Origin: Diadema antillarum
Taxonomy: Eukaryota
DNA: 64,000 nt
NCBI RefSeq assembly: GCF_040938485.1
Contig: NW_027271040.1
Location: 2,046,001 to 2,110,000, forward strand
Direction of reading: 5' to 3'
Shown here piece by piece: positions 46,847-58,592 of this stretch. Position 1 is the stretch's first letter. Each line of letters starts with the position of its first letter. Both the position numbers and the translations under genes were made by a program. The notes below the pieces were generated by a model, which was given only the letters and a program-made list of their open reading frames with translations, made no database searches and was not told the DNA's origin.

Positions 46847-47229
46847 AGGGATGGTACAAGTATTGGTGGAAATGAAAATTGGGCTTTAACTTTTTCGCGA
46901 GATACCAAGAAAACGCTTATGAAATAGTACAGAGCATGCCATTTTAAGAGGAATTCAAAGTTTATTTGATGAAAATTGGGTTTAGAATAGCTGAAACATT
47001 GAAAAACCAAGTAAAACAAAATGATTGTAATAAAATGTGGGTCCCACACTTTATTAGGATCACTCTGTTTTGGATATGTCCGCCGTCTCAAAATCAATTT
47101 TCATCAAATAAACGTTGAAATCCTCATGGAATTACATGCTTTTTCATATTTCATAAGAGGTTTCTCACTATCTCACCAAAAAAAAAAAAAAACCTGAAGT
47201 TAAGTCTCAACCAAAACTATATGATCCCT
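46847..47229. mobile_element. TTAA MITE family C, copy 1
   Basis: TTAA|agggatggtaca...ctatatgatccct|TTAC. A reverse-orientation homolog of 51947-52332 that shares its core with family A. Confidence 0.78.
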
Positions 47230-49103
47230 TTACAGACCAGGTAGCATGGGGCTGGCCTGATGGAATTGATCTTCTTTTGCTACCCACTCCACACCATTAC
47301 CCTCAAACTTCACTGATGTGTTCTACTGATATTACTGCATTTGCTCAATCTAGACATTTCATTCCCTTGAAGTTCACTGTAGGGAATTTTTGTTTACATG
47401 AATTTTCAGGTCTTAATGGCCAATGTTAGTAAATCAAGAGAATGTGGAAACTTTTTGGACTTCAGTAAACAAGGTAGCAACAGCGCTTCAAGTCTTTCTT
47501 TAGCCCCTGTGGGTTTATGCTACCAACTTCCCCATAGCTGTCTCACATGCAATGATATAGGTGATCTGTACACTACACATGCCCTTGCTGATGTGCATTG
47601 TTTGTATAATATTATCAGATCTTTGCCTGTTTTTGTTTCCTGGATGTGATTCATTATGATGCATGGCGCAAATGCTGAAACGATAACGCTGAAATTGATT
47701 TATGACCTTGTTTAGTAGGAAGTAGAATAATATGGTCCATTATGTGCAGTTTTAGTGTTCACATGCCGTGTCACGATACAGCCGCCTGAACATCCATTGT
47801 GAAGAAATAATTATTCCTTTCCTCATGATGATAACCTGTGACCTTCATGAAACCTGGCATAGATTCTGTTGAAATGCTGACTTCTTCATGAACCTCCCAG
47901 TCCAGCCAAATCTATCCAAGTTGTGAAGGAAAAAGGAGCGATGTTATGTCCTCATAAGTGGATTTGTCATGCACATAGCACATGTACATGTACACCTGTA
48001 TGTACTGCATGATTCATCACAATGCAATGCATTTCATACTTCCAAGATTACCAGGCTCCCTGTAATAACAGCGTTGAAATCTTTAAAAAAAAATTATACT
48101 TGTGGGTCTTTTGTTGCGAAATTTTTTTCCGCTAAAACCCACCCAACCGTTGCGATGGTGAGAATTGTGTGGATTTACATGTCTTGTTTTTATCATTCAT
48201 TTTTGTTCAGAAGGGAATTTTCAATGCTCTTTCTCTACAGTTTTACAAACTGACTTTTATTGTGAGCTGGAAGCATTTCGTTTAAATAAAAAAGAAAAGA
48301 AAATAAGATGACTCCAAAGTATTGTTAATTGAAGTATTCAGTAAAACGCCACTCTCGCTTCTTTGTGGCTTCTAAAGAATTCAATTTCTTTTATTGTTCT
48401 ATGTGTACGTCAGCCAATTACGTCCTGTTACCTGAGACTTACATGGTGATTATGATGGAAAATAAAATTGGTTAGGTATCAAAGTAGTGCATATTGATTT
48501 CTCAAAGCCCTTGCTGATAATCAGCAATAAAAGTAATTGATGGAAGAAGTCTTGTTTTCTCTGCACAACTGAGAGTTAATGTGAATAAGTCTAAAATATG
48601 GTGGGTCATCCGTCTATCAGCAGAACTCAAAGTTACTGAAGATGGTATGTGATATGTTTTTCGAAGAAGTATTATTGCATGCATATAGAACAACTGCATA
48701 TATATTGGTGTGATTTATCTTTCTTTTTGGATTATTATCATTTTTATTTGTTGCTATAGCTGTTTGATAATCAGTTTCAGAAAATATGTGTATATTTCAT
48801 TTGTCGCCAGTCGGTGATCTTTTACCAAGCCCAACATTTTAGTTGCCTTCTTCTAGACTTCTGTGATATGAAAGGAGTTTAGTGTGCAATGATTTTTGGG
48901 GATGGTGTTACCAGCCTTCTATTTCTTTTGTGTCTGAGCAGGCCTGTAGGTTATAATGTAAATCCTTTCCCAAAGTGATGGCCATATCACAAATCTGTTC
49001 TATGATTTCTTTGATGTGGGGGAATCCTGGAGAATTTGAGATGTTGCCAAGGCACAGACATTGGAGATAATCACAGATTGAAATGGTCATTCCTTCGCCA
49101 TTG

Positions 49104-49288
49104 TGGCATGTTGAATAAATCCCTTTTTTTATCAGTATTTTATTTCTATTCAATGTTATTTCCACATCTGATAAAAAGCTTGTAGGAAGAATATACAGAC
49201 TTCACCATCATGGCATGTTGAATAAATCCATTTTTATCATCATTTTATCTTTATTATTTTATTTCATTCCATGTCTGAAAAAAAGCCT
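49104..49288. repeat. Diverged tandem duplication, period ~107 bp
   Basis: tggcatgttgaataaatcc at 49104 and 49211, each followed by ttttatca...ttcca..tctga.aaaaagc. Confidence 0.6.
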
Positions 49289-49627
49289 ATACAAAAAATA
49301 TATAATTTATACAAACCATGCCTAGAGCAAAGGAACAATATAGGAAAAAGATACTATAACATTTTGACAAAACACAACATGAAAACAAATATTTTTGATA
49401 GTATGTGGGGGGATCAGCATTGACCATTGGTCTTTCTGTGGCCAGTCACAAGATTTACAGCTAAACATGCTTACATGTACATTAATGCAATACAAAAATC
49501 TATAAAGGAAACCAGAAAAAATGAAAGGTACTAAGAATGTGAAAGTCTGTGTAGTGAGGTACATATACATTGAATGCAACTAAAGTTTTTTTTTCTCTCT
49601 CTCTGTTTGTTTTGTGTGTGCTACCAG

Positions 49628-49796
49628 ACATAATTGCCTAAAGATGTTCTGCATGGCAACCCTTTTGACCTGTGATGACCTGGAGGTCAGAGTTCACGTG
49701 CTGCATCAGTGGCTCCAGCTCGCGGAGACGTTGCGGGGTTCCCTAGGCAACCTCTTCAGCTTCGCCACCATCATGGACGCCCTTGCTTCAAAGCAG
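49628..49796 (+). CDS. BCAR3: Coding exon 7: RasGEF-like domain (HNCLKMFCMATLLTCDDLEVRVHVLHQWLQLAETLRGSLGNLFSFATIMDALASKQ)
   Basis: Acceptor ...gtgtgtgctaccAG at 49626-49627, donor CAG/GTATTT at 49797. Starts phase 2, ends phase 0. The WxxxAxxLxxxxGNLFSFxxxMxAL pattern is typical of Cdc25-like domains. Confidence 0.92.
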
Positions 49797-50190
49797 GTAT
49801 TTTCTCCCTCTCTCCTACAACGTGTAGTACCTTTCTCCTCTAATTTAAACCCTTTTCCAGTCCTCACTATTGTTTATTCTTGATTGTCAAACATCAGGCT
49901 TCGTATTTAAAAGTAAGCTGCACAAAAGTGCAGATTTTTCATCCATTTGATATTTTTTTTTATTAGGCAACTTAGTTCAGGAATTTCAGTTCAATATTTG
50001 AAATGTGCAATAGGAGTTTGATAATTATATGATAATCGCAGGGATGTTGATCAATATACATGCTTGTGTGAATTGTTGTGAGATATTGTCATGCGCTGTA
50101 AATCTGTATGTCCATTCTCTTTAATTATAGTTATCAAATCCATGAATTTTGTGTTAGTTTATCTTATGACTGTTCATGTCATCATGCGTA

Positions 50191-50423
50191 CTTTATAAGC
50201 TTTCTGTACAATTTTTGTGAGGGTTTAATATTCGCAAATTTCGCAAATTACCTTTGGACAGTGAATTTAGCAACATGCGAAAATGTCGCCATGCACTTGG
50301 GAAATAGTGTGCACTAATATCATGATAATCTCGGTGTCAATTTGTGAAAATAACATCTTGCGAAAATGTCTGTATCCTCCTCATTCACGAATATATCTGT
50401 AAAATAAATAACAGCTTATACAG
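50191..50423. mobile_element. TA-flanked MITE, diverged relative of the ttcgcgaa family
   Basis: ta|ctttataagc...gcttatacag|ta (9/10 TIR), with ttcgcaaatttcgcaaa and ttgcgaaaat motifs. Ends ~50 bp before the exon 8 acceptor. Confidence 0.55.
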
Positions 50424-50476
50424 TATTTGATGCATTCATCCAATGTGACCTTTTTTTTTGCATGTTTTGTTTCCAG

Positions 50477-51022
50477 ATTGTCTACCTGCGCAACACCTGG
50501 GACCTCCTACGCTCTCGCTTCACAAACACCGCGGTCAACTACGACACCAAGCTGCGGTCTCTGCTCAAGTCGCTGAACGCCGGTGAGAACGTGGTGCCCC
50601 TCACGAAGACCAGCCTCCCCCACATCCTGCCCATCATTCTACTCCTGGAGCGGGACTGGTCCTCGGCCCTGGACCGGGACTGGTCCCAGACGCCCACCAA
50701 GGAGGTCCTGGACTCGATTCCCAGCGGGGAACCCTGGGAAGAATCAGCTGCTTCCTACGGACTGGACATTTTGATTGGCCACTTACAGAACGCCCACATG
50801 CTTGCCCAGCAGACCAACTTGTACCGCATCAACGCCCACTCCAAGCTGGCCAAGCATCCACCAGAAGAGGGTGCCCTGGATATCTTCAGGGCTGAGCTGC
50901 ACTTGCGGCTGCTGTGGGGGAGCCGTGCCACCACCGAGAACGCCACGGAGCGCTACACCCTGTTGGAACAGGTCCTGAGCATCATGGCTCAGAAACTGGA
51001 GTTCAGTCAAAACAGTGTGTGA
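50477..51022 (+). CDS. BCAR3: Coding exon 8 (terminal): end of RasGEF-like/Cas-binding domain, stop TGA
   Basis: Acceptor gttttgtttccAG at 50475-50476, phase 0. Encodes IVYLRNTWDLLR...LPHILPIILLLER...GLDILIGHLQNAH...FRAELHLRLLWGSR...ERYTLLEQVLSIMAQKLE, matching the NSP C-terminal RLLWGS motif. Confidence 0.95.
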   Translation: MVYLRNTWDLLRSRFTNTAVNYDTKLRSLLKSLNAGENVVPLTKTSLPHILPIILLLERDWSSALDRDWSQTPTKEVLDSIPSGEPWEESAASYGLDILIGHLQNAHMLAQQTNLYRINAHSKLAKHPPEEGALDIFRAELHLRLLWGSRATTENATERYTLLEQVLSIMAQKLEFSQNSV

Positions 51023-51946
51023 TGTTGCCACTTGGAGTTCCAGGAACAGCTATGTCGATATACAAAGCATGCAAATTTGGCTGTGCTGTGTGATTCATCG
51101 AGGTGTTCATATGTTTCTTTACAACACACTTTTTAGGATTTTTTCAGCCGTTTCAAATTTTGTAGCACTCTGACAGTGATGTCAAAAATCTTTCTTCATA
51201 CGGTGTCGAGAATGTTTTAGTATAAGTTTGTATTCTTGCAGATGGGTCTCTTTCATGTTGATGGTTGGTCTGCCCAAAAATTCAGAGGTGGGTCAAAGGT
51301 TCTTTTGGAACAGCTTGCGACTCTGATGATCGTTTGAACGATCTGCCCAGTCTGCATGTATAGGATTCCACAGAGTGTCTTAGGCATGTTGATGGATTAG
51401 CAATAAGTTGGAAAAGATTTTTCTCTTACTTTCCAAGCGTGTTTGTTGGTTCTGGGCTGAACTAATCTCAAAATGCCAAGTGACAAAACCTTTGGCCGCA
51501 TTGTACTGGTACTTTTCTTCACTTCAATAGTTACTATGCGGTATATTTTGTTCTGATTTCAAGCATATTTCTCTGTGTAAATGTATGTACAAAGAAATGA
51601 CAAAGTATTCAGCTAAGAGTGGTCGAAATAAAGCATCCTATGCATGTAATATAGTGTACAAAGAAAAGAAATAAATTGGTTGAAAAAAAAGTCTTATGCC
51701 TAGGAAAGTACCATTGCATGCACTTGCTCATTTGCTATCACAGCTACAGCTTACAGTTCTTAAAGCTCTGCCCTATCCAAAGAGAAGGAAGAAGTAAGAG
51801 TTACATTACTCACTTTGCACTTAAAGCCATACACATTTCTCCAATGTTCTCGTTGTAGTGGAATTTTATTTATTTTTTTTTTATTTTATTTTGTGTGTGT
51901 GTGTGTGTGTGTGTGCATTTTTTTTCCTTCGTAGGGTAAATTTTAA

Positions 51947-52332
51947 AGGGATCGTATAGTTTTGGTTGAGACCTTATTTGAGGTTTCTAACATTTTTTGG
52001 TGAGATAATGAGAAACCTCTTATGACATATACTGAAAGAGCATGTAATTCTCTGAGGAATTCCAACGTTTATTTGATGAAAATTGGTTTTGAAATGGCTG
52101 AGATATCCAAAAAAGAGCTATTCTAATAAAGTGTGGGACCCACACTTTATTACGATCGCTTTGTTTTACTTTGTTTTTGGATGTTTCAGCCATTCCAAAC
52201 CCGATTTTCATCAAATAAACTTTGAATTCCTCTTAAAATGGTATGCTCTGCACTATTTTATAAGTGTTTTCTTGGTATCTCGCCAAAAGTTAAAAGCCCA
52301 ATTCTCATCTCCACCAATACTGTACCATCCCT
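51947..52332. mobile_element. TTAA MITE family C, copy 2 (within the inferred 3' UTR)
   Basis: TTAA(51943-51946)|agggatcgtatag...tgtaccatccct|TTAC. Internal inverted repeat at ~52073-52112 vs ~52176-52215. Confidence 0.78.
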
Positions 52333-52474
52333 TTACTAATGTGAGCTGATTAATTTCCAGCACCTCACATTCAGCGTAATAGTGAAGTTTGTAGTTGCTG
52401 CATCCAGTCAATTTGCATTACTGCTTCCCTGTGGGGAAAAAAACAAACAAACAAATATCATGAGATGTTCATCT

Positions 52475-52641
52475 GGGCCCTGTTGCATAAAACCCTTACC
52501 GCTGGACTTACCGCTCCTTTCTAGCGGTAAGTCTTCAAATTAGCGGTAAATTTTAGAATCCTTGATGCTGATTGGCTGTGATGCCTAATTTTGACGGTAG
52601 TTACCATTGAAATTCAATGGTAAGTTTTATGCAACGGGCCC
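52475..52641. mobile_element. Short Harbinger-like MITE (GGGCCC.GTTGCATAAAAC TIR) in the inferred 3' UTR
   Basis: gggccctgttgcataaaac ... gttttatgcaacgggccc, with internal ttaccgct / agcggtaa inverted subrepeats. A similar end (ttcataaaacagggccc) occurs at ~13247-13263. Confidence 0.7.
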
Positions 52642-54498
52642 CCATTCTCTGTGTCGAGTTGAATGAAAAGTGCATCCAAGCATCGTGTGTCCAGCAGAAG
52701 GGCATAAGTGCATATTTCGATGCAAAATTGGACTTTGGTAGACGAGTAGGTCAATCAAATTTTCAAAGCACTGGGTTCTGTTGCATAATGTTATTATAAG
52801 AACTGTCAACACTATAGGGACATTATACTCATCTGTTCAGTGTCAGTAGTGTAGAGGGTTGGTTTGTTTGCAAGTGGACATTGAAGCACTTGTTATTGCT
52901 GTACTCTGTAGGGGACTTTGAGTGTTTGTTGTAGTGTGGCTACCCAGTTCAAAACCCATTAAAAGTTGCAGATTAGGATTCTCCGTATGTATGCTATTTG
53001 GGTTGTCCGACTCAAATTTTTGAAGTTTGTCTTACATCTGGGAGAGAGTAGTCTTTTCTCACCCCTACTGTTGTAATTTGGCCGTTTAAACCTAACACTT
53101 AAACCTAAGCCAAAATCAAGATAGTAATAGTTTTTCTAGACTTTTTTTTTTTTTTTTAAATAGGGGCTGCCTTCACTTTAGAATAGAAGCAGAGTTTTTT
53201 TTTTTCAATACTGCTGCACAGTACGCCTGAGTGACCCTTATCTTTAACCCTTTCCATGCCACTGAGTTATTTGTACACAAATTTCATGCACAAAGCTATG
53301 GATAGGAAGTTAGTGTGGCACACAGAGGGTAAAATCCTAATTTCTCCCTTTTTAAATAAAAATAAACTTTTTGAATAGTTTAGGATGGTCCAATTCTCAC
53401 AAGTTATGTTTATATCATTTCAAAGTGTAGAGCTTATTCTTTTTAACTTTGCGGACAAGTGGAAATTCATCTCGGCCTACTTTTTGTGTGTTTTGAGCTG
53501 GGCAGTCACAACTTTGTGACTGGTGCATGGCAACTAAAATCATGCCAGCAGTGGTTTTGAGAAGTTTGTATTTTGTGAATCCAGTAATCTAGAAACTGTA
53601 GGTTACTTCACAAGTGAGCTCCTGTTCATTTAGCTTGCTTGTATTTTTCTTATTTGTATGGAGCTTCAGCAATGTATTTGCTGTAATTAGAACACAGAAT
53701 TCATTTATCTTGCCAAAGGTTTTTGCCCTCCCTGTTTAATATTTTGCTTTTCCTGTTTCTCTGAGGTATAGATGGTGCTGCTTTTTGTTTTTATAAAGAA
53801 TTTGACTTGATATAACCATAACAGTTTTGTATTCAAAATTTAGATGTTGATTGATTATGACAGAAAATTGCATTTCCTTTGCATCTAGGTTTGCTGCAAA
53901 ATGTAAAATTCCAGTTTGAGCGTGTTCAACTTGATGTGACCACATAATTTAATTCAAAGTTGCTGCGGTATTGGGGTTCGATTTTTACTTTATCGTTTTT
54001 AGGTGTTTGACAAGCTTTGACTGTTGTGTTTTATCCGTGTATGCTTAATCCTATTTCTGGTGGTGGACTGTGAGTTGTGTAAAGCGTGTCCATGCACCAA
54101 TAGTGTAGGATGATGTTGCCTTGTTAAGGTTTTGTCAAAAATGATTATGTGATGACCCATGATTGCGAGTTTTCGGCAATCATTAAATTGATATTTCTCT
54201 GATGCAGTTTAAATGCTATTTTCCAAGTGTTTCTTACCCCGCTGTGTTCAGAGACCTTGTTGCTCCTGTATAATGTATATTGGCATTTCAGAGTGTGGGA
54301 GGGATTGGGGTTATGTCTGACTACATCGCCCTTGTATGTCAGAAGTACACTATGCTGATGTTACTGCTACATCTGTTAATCTCTACTATGTTTTGTATGT
54401 GAAGTGGGCCATGTCCATCTCGTACTGTGGTGTCTTTTTTTTCCCACTGATAAGCAAAGATCACTGAGAATTGACTACAAGTGAATAGGGCTTGCATA

Positions 54499-54928
54499 AT
54501 TGTTACCCTCACTGAGGAAGGAGGTTATGTTTTTGTTGGTGTTGGTTTGTCTGTTTTCAAAATAACTCAAAAAGTTGTGAATTGATTTGAATGAAACTTA
54601 CAGGAAAAGTCAAAATGACACAAGGAACAGATGATTTAATTTTGGTAGTGATCCAGGAATTTTTATGGATTTTTGAAGGATTTTTTGATCTTTTGACAGA
54701 TGGGATCAATAAACTTGGTAGTTCAAGCTTCACATAATTGAGGCTTGCATATATGCACTGCAAAGTGTGTGCTCTGCTCGGGCAAGGCCCCATGTTGCTG
54801 GAAGCTGACGATGTGGAGCCAAATGATTCCATATTGGGAAATTGGACAATTTTCAATAGGAAGCATGTATAGTCAGTGGAAATGAGCTGCTTGGCGAAGG
54901 TCTGCGCTCTACGAGTGCTTTTCTAGTT
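54499..54928 (+). mobile_element. Helentron/HINE-type non-autonomous rolling-circle element
   Basis: The 5' end ttgttaccctcactgaggaaggaggttatgttttt and 3' end ttggcgaaggtctgcgctctacgagtgcttttctagtt match the widespread ..ACC...GGAGGTTATGTTTT / GGCGGAGGTCTGCGCTCT..GAGTGCTTTTCTAGTT HINE layout (recalled), inserted at TT. Confidence 0.6.
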
Positions 54929-56637
54929 ATCAATATGTTTGGTATCAGTGGGGATTCTGTGAGGAGGAATGGGACTTTCACATTGTACATCCTGCTTTCT
55001 ATAGAGTGTTGCAACCTGATGTTAAAATTGACAAGTGTTGAGGGGAGAATCATGAGAATGCCAGTAGGCATGATCTCCCCCCAAGAAGTCTTACAAGTGT
55101 GCAAGGGGCCACTTTAACAGAAGAGGGAATATGGGCTACCTGATTAGATAGTGTTGACCCTACCCAGCAGTACCAAGCAGCAAACTTAGCAGTATGAATG
55201 GGGCTACTTTGTCAGTAAAGAGTGTGGTCAGAGCAGAATACCTGATCAACTTGAGTCAACCTTACCTAAGGAACCAAGGAAATATTTGGAAGTCCCAAGT
55301 AGAAAAGGTGCTACAGTTGTTGATGAGAGCGAGGTCATCTGTTTATATAACCAATAAACAAAGCTTGGGAGTAAGACTCATTTTCATGTTTGATGTACTG
55401 AGCCAATATACATAACTAGCCAACCTACTATGGATATATGGTAGCTAAGTATCTTTCCACATTTCTTTGTTTTTGTTGATTTTTTTTTAATCCTGCAACA
55501 TTTTATACTTATGGTGTTTGTGACTTGTTGATGATAATGACATTTTTTATTACTAACTGAAATGTGGTTGGTTTCTTTATGAATGCAAACCACCAATACA
55601 ACGTGTGATGCACTCATATTGCCATTAACGAGTGATGTGCGACAAGCAGTTCGTGTAAACTGTAGAATAGCTATTCTCTCTAGACAGAACTATACTCACA
55701 GCAATTTCATGTTCATCATTCACTTACCCTTTTTCTGTTCTGTAATAAATTCTTATGATGTTCATGTAAGCCATTGACCATGGAAAAGTTTAAGTGAAAA
55801 ATTTATCAATGTTCTAATCACTTTTACAGTGAATACCATTTAATTGCTAAAGATAATGATTTTTCATTTTCTTTCAATACAACCATATCTGTATTGATCC
55901 TTCTTAAGATCCATGGTACCAATGTATTCAATGCTTTTGTTTTTTGTTTTTTATAAATTGATTATAGGTATAATTTTTTTACCCTATTTTCTCTTAGTAT
56001 TACCTTGTTCATATGATTAAGGCCATTTCAGACTTTAGTTATTCATTCATGTAGAGCAAAATGTAAAGAGTTTCTGAGGACATGGATTGTGGCAGTGCCA
56101 TTTAAAATGGTTTCATTTAAGGGTTGTCATTGCTGTTTCTGGCTTGTATTTCAGCCGTTCATAAATAACTCCACTGTCCAGTTCTGTGGGCTGAGATGTT
56201 GTCAGGGTATGAACATAACGAAGCATTTCAAATATGTAGGTATATTCAGGGCAACAGTGCTCTTTGCTTTTAATATGACACTGCATGTGTGCCAAAAAGA
56301 TTAAAAAAAGACCTTTCATTAGGCAAGATCATCCCCAATAAGAGAAGATGGTGCTCTCAAGATTCTTAGAATTACTGACAGATTCCACAATGATAACACT
56401 GATTACCTTTTTTTTTTTCGTTGTCTCATACACCTTGTATAAAGACCCAGTCTTTGACCAGAGTTAATAATAATTTCTCCTCCTGGCATAGATTTATGGA
56501 TCCTGCCAGTCTGTTCATGTGAGATATTTTGAACAAGACTTTATTTTACTGTTTGCTTTATTTGTTTTGGTCTATCTTTGTTGTTTTGTTTAGATTAAAC
56601 ACAGAATATGTATAGCTTGGCCAAAAATGAAAAAAGT

Positions 56638-56811
56638 NNNNNNNNNNNNNNNNNNNNNNNNNNNNNNNNNNNNNNNNNNNNNNNNNNNNNNNNNNNNNNN
56701 NNNNNNNNNNNNNNNNNNNNNNNNNNNNNNNNNNNNNNNNNNNNNNNNNNNNNNNNNNNNNNNNNNNNNNNNNNNNNNNNNNNNNNNNNNNNNNNNNNNN
56801 NNNNNNNNNNN
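56638..56811. other. Assembly gap (~174 N)
   Basis: Run of N. The right edge is accurate to about 1 nt. Confidence 0.9.
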
Positions 56812-57103
56812 AACTGTATGACATACCATGTGATGCAACATCAGTTTGATTTGCAGAATTTAAGTGAGATCATCACTTGAGAAGCAGTAAGGTCATATCG
56901 TTTATAACAACCTGCTTCTCAACTGATGACATTGTATGAATTCAGAAGTACTGTAATACACAGTTTACCCATTACGATTGAATGTCTGTGATTGCACTGT
57001 GTTACACGATTTACCTTCGGTGTTTTTCTTGTAGATGGAAGGCAAAAATGAAAAAGGAATGTATTAATTCTGGGGTAAAAGTCTTTTTTATCTGTAGACT
57101 TAA

Positions 57104-57300
57104 AGAGGAAAGCCAGTCCATATATAAGTTAGTCTGATAAAAAAGAGTAAAATCTTACTAGTTCAATGGTAAAAATTTGACTGAAATCGGATGAAAAATA
57201 AGGAAGTTATGACATTTTGAAGTTTTGCTAATTTCTGCAAAACAGTTTTTGTACAGTGGATATGAATAAGCAAATGAGTGAGCTAACCATGTCATACCCT
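57104..57300. mobile_element. Partial TTAA/AG-type MITE end (Kolobok-like)
   Basis: TTAA|agaggaaagccagtcca..., followed by aaatcggatgaaaaataaggaagttatgacattttgaagtttt, a motif style shared with the other TTAA MITEs. No second end was found. Confidence 0.4.
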
Positions 57301-57975
57301 TGAAGTACACAACCGCACCTTCTACCTTCTGGTGTTTTTACACAAGCTGTGTATTGTTCTGTACAAAATGTACCGTCTCGTAGGAGATTGGCTAATGGGC
57401 CTTGTGAATGTTGTAAATTAGTTTGTTTGTTTGTTTGGATTTATTTAATGTGCTCACTATTGTAGGAGGTACTGAAATGCTCATGAGCAAGGTACTGTGG
57501 GATGGACTGCTTCAAGTCCCTACTAGCTACTAGATTGATGCAACATGATGCGGTTAATATTTTTATCTTTTCCTTCTTTTTTGTCTGTGGCATTTAAAGA
57601 AGAGAAGAAAGACTGTGATCGTTTTGCTTTAGTTTGAAATGTGCAATAAGAGTATAAAGGCTGCCGCACCTGTTACTTTGCTAGGGACTTTGAGCTGTCA
57701 AGTAACAATGATCTCACCCGGGCACGAGTGGGGTAAAAATTGTTACGAGCATTCTGAGGTGCCAAGCTGAAGGCAGCTTCAATCTCTGCCTTAATAAATC
57801 ACCCGTTGAGCGAGCGCTTGCATGTACTGTGGGTTGGTTGCACCTCACATTCATGGTGTTACATAATGAAGTTCTTGTGACTGTATTTTTCATCATACTA
57901 ATAATTATATCTATATATCTATATATATATGAATCTATTATATATATTATGCCACCATGATTTTATTTATTTTCC

Positions 57976-57981
57976 AATAAA
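57976..57981 (+). terminator. Candidate distal polyadenylation signal of the BCAR3-like gene
   Basis: AATAAA preceded by AU-rich ttttatttatttt and followed ~25-55 nt later by gtgttgatttgttcttttgtgttgttgt, a downstream GU/U-rich element. Confidence 0.55.
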
Positions 57982-58092
57982 AGGGAAAGCGACTCCAAAC
58001 TTGAAATGTGTTGATTTGTTCTTTTGTGTTGTTGTGGAGGCATATGCATATCTCATAAGTGTGTGTAAAGCTGTAATTTGAGGTGAGTGTAA

Positions 58093-58177
58093 CCAGTTGG
58101 AGAGTAGTCCAGAGTTTACTCAGGGAGGTGTCTATGGGAAATGTGTGTTATAGCAAAATCAGTTCTCCCTCAACGGG
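58093..58177 (+). mobile_element. 85-bp piggyBac-like mini-element, copy 4 (degenerate)
   Basis: The core ggtgtctatgggaaatgtgtgttatagcaaaatca and the end cctcaacggg are conserved. Confidence 0.55.
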
Positions 58178-58417
58178 GCAACAAGACTAGACGTCAACAA
58201 CATACACTGTACTATCCTGTATACATACAACACTTATACAACACACACACAGACACTTTACTAGTTCCACTCCTCCAGACCTATAAGTGATATGCGACTT
58301 CTGTTTGTACAAATGATGATACACAAAAGGCTATGAATGTAAATTGGGTCTTTCCATTTCATTCCATTCATGGCCTTTGATGCATGTGATGTAGACTGTA
58401 CATACATGATATAAATA

Positions 58418-58592
58418 ATGACTGGCGGGGGAGGGAACATACGGAATGTTCCACCCGAAGGGTTTGAAATGCTATTGAGGGAGGTTATAAGTCCCGAGAC
58501 GAAGTCGAGGGATTGACTTATAGCCTCCTGAAATAGCATTTCAAACCCTGAGGGTGGAATGTTTGGTACATGTTCCCGGCAACAAAAGTCAT
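58418..58592. repeat. 175-bp imperfect palindrome centred on a GAC-GAA-GTC mini-hairpin
   Basis: The arms pair in blocks atgact/agtcat, gggaacat, ttccaccc, agggtttgaaatgctatt (18-bp perfect) and ggagg.tataagtc, around the centre cccgagacgaagtcgaggg (58493-58511). Confidence 0.85.

Larger units (their letters stand above)
8583..51022 (+). other. BCAR3: Gene model: SAM-SH2-RasGEF-like NSP-family adaptor (BCAR3/SH2D3C-like), 8 coding exons, 2643 nt CDS, ~880 aa
   Basis: Exons 8583-8672, 30747-30870, 33601-33706, 39071-39098, 40060-41538, 44856-44956, 49628-49796 and 50477-51022 join through GT-AG introns with matching phases (0,1,2,0,0,2,0) into one open frame. The SH2 and C-terminal motifs match what I recall of BCAR3/SH2D3C. 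Orthology to a single vertebrate paralogue cannot be resolved here. Confidence 0.88.
51023..58000 (+). other. Inferred long 3' UTR of the BCAR3-like gene (~7 kb)
   Basis: U/GU-rich sequence with no convincing exon runs from the stop codon to an AATAAA at 57976 followed by a GU-rich tract. More proximal AATAAA hexamers exist (e.g. ~51627, ~55745), so shorter UTRs are possible. Confidence 0.5.

Noticed and set aside
14897-56930. Other CTGATGA/CTGAAGA matches as hammerhead cores (e.g. 14897, 14971, 16236, 25567, 40874, 51323, 56921)
   Set aside because: None is followed by a stem II plus GAAA and a matching stem I. Several are MITE TIRs or coding sequence.
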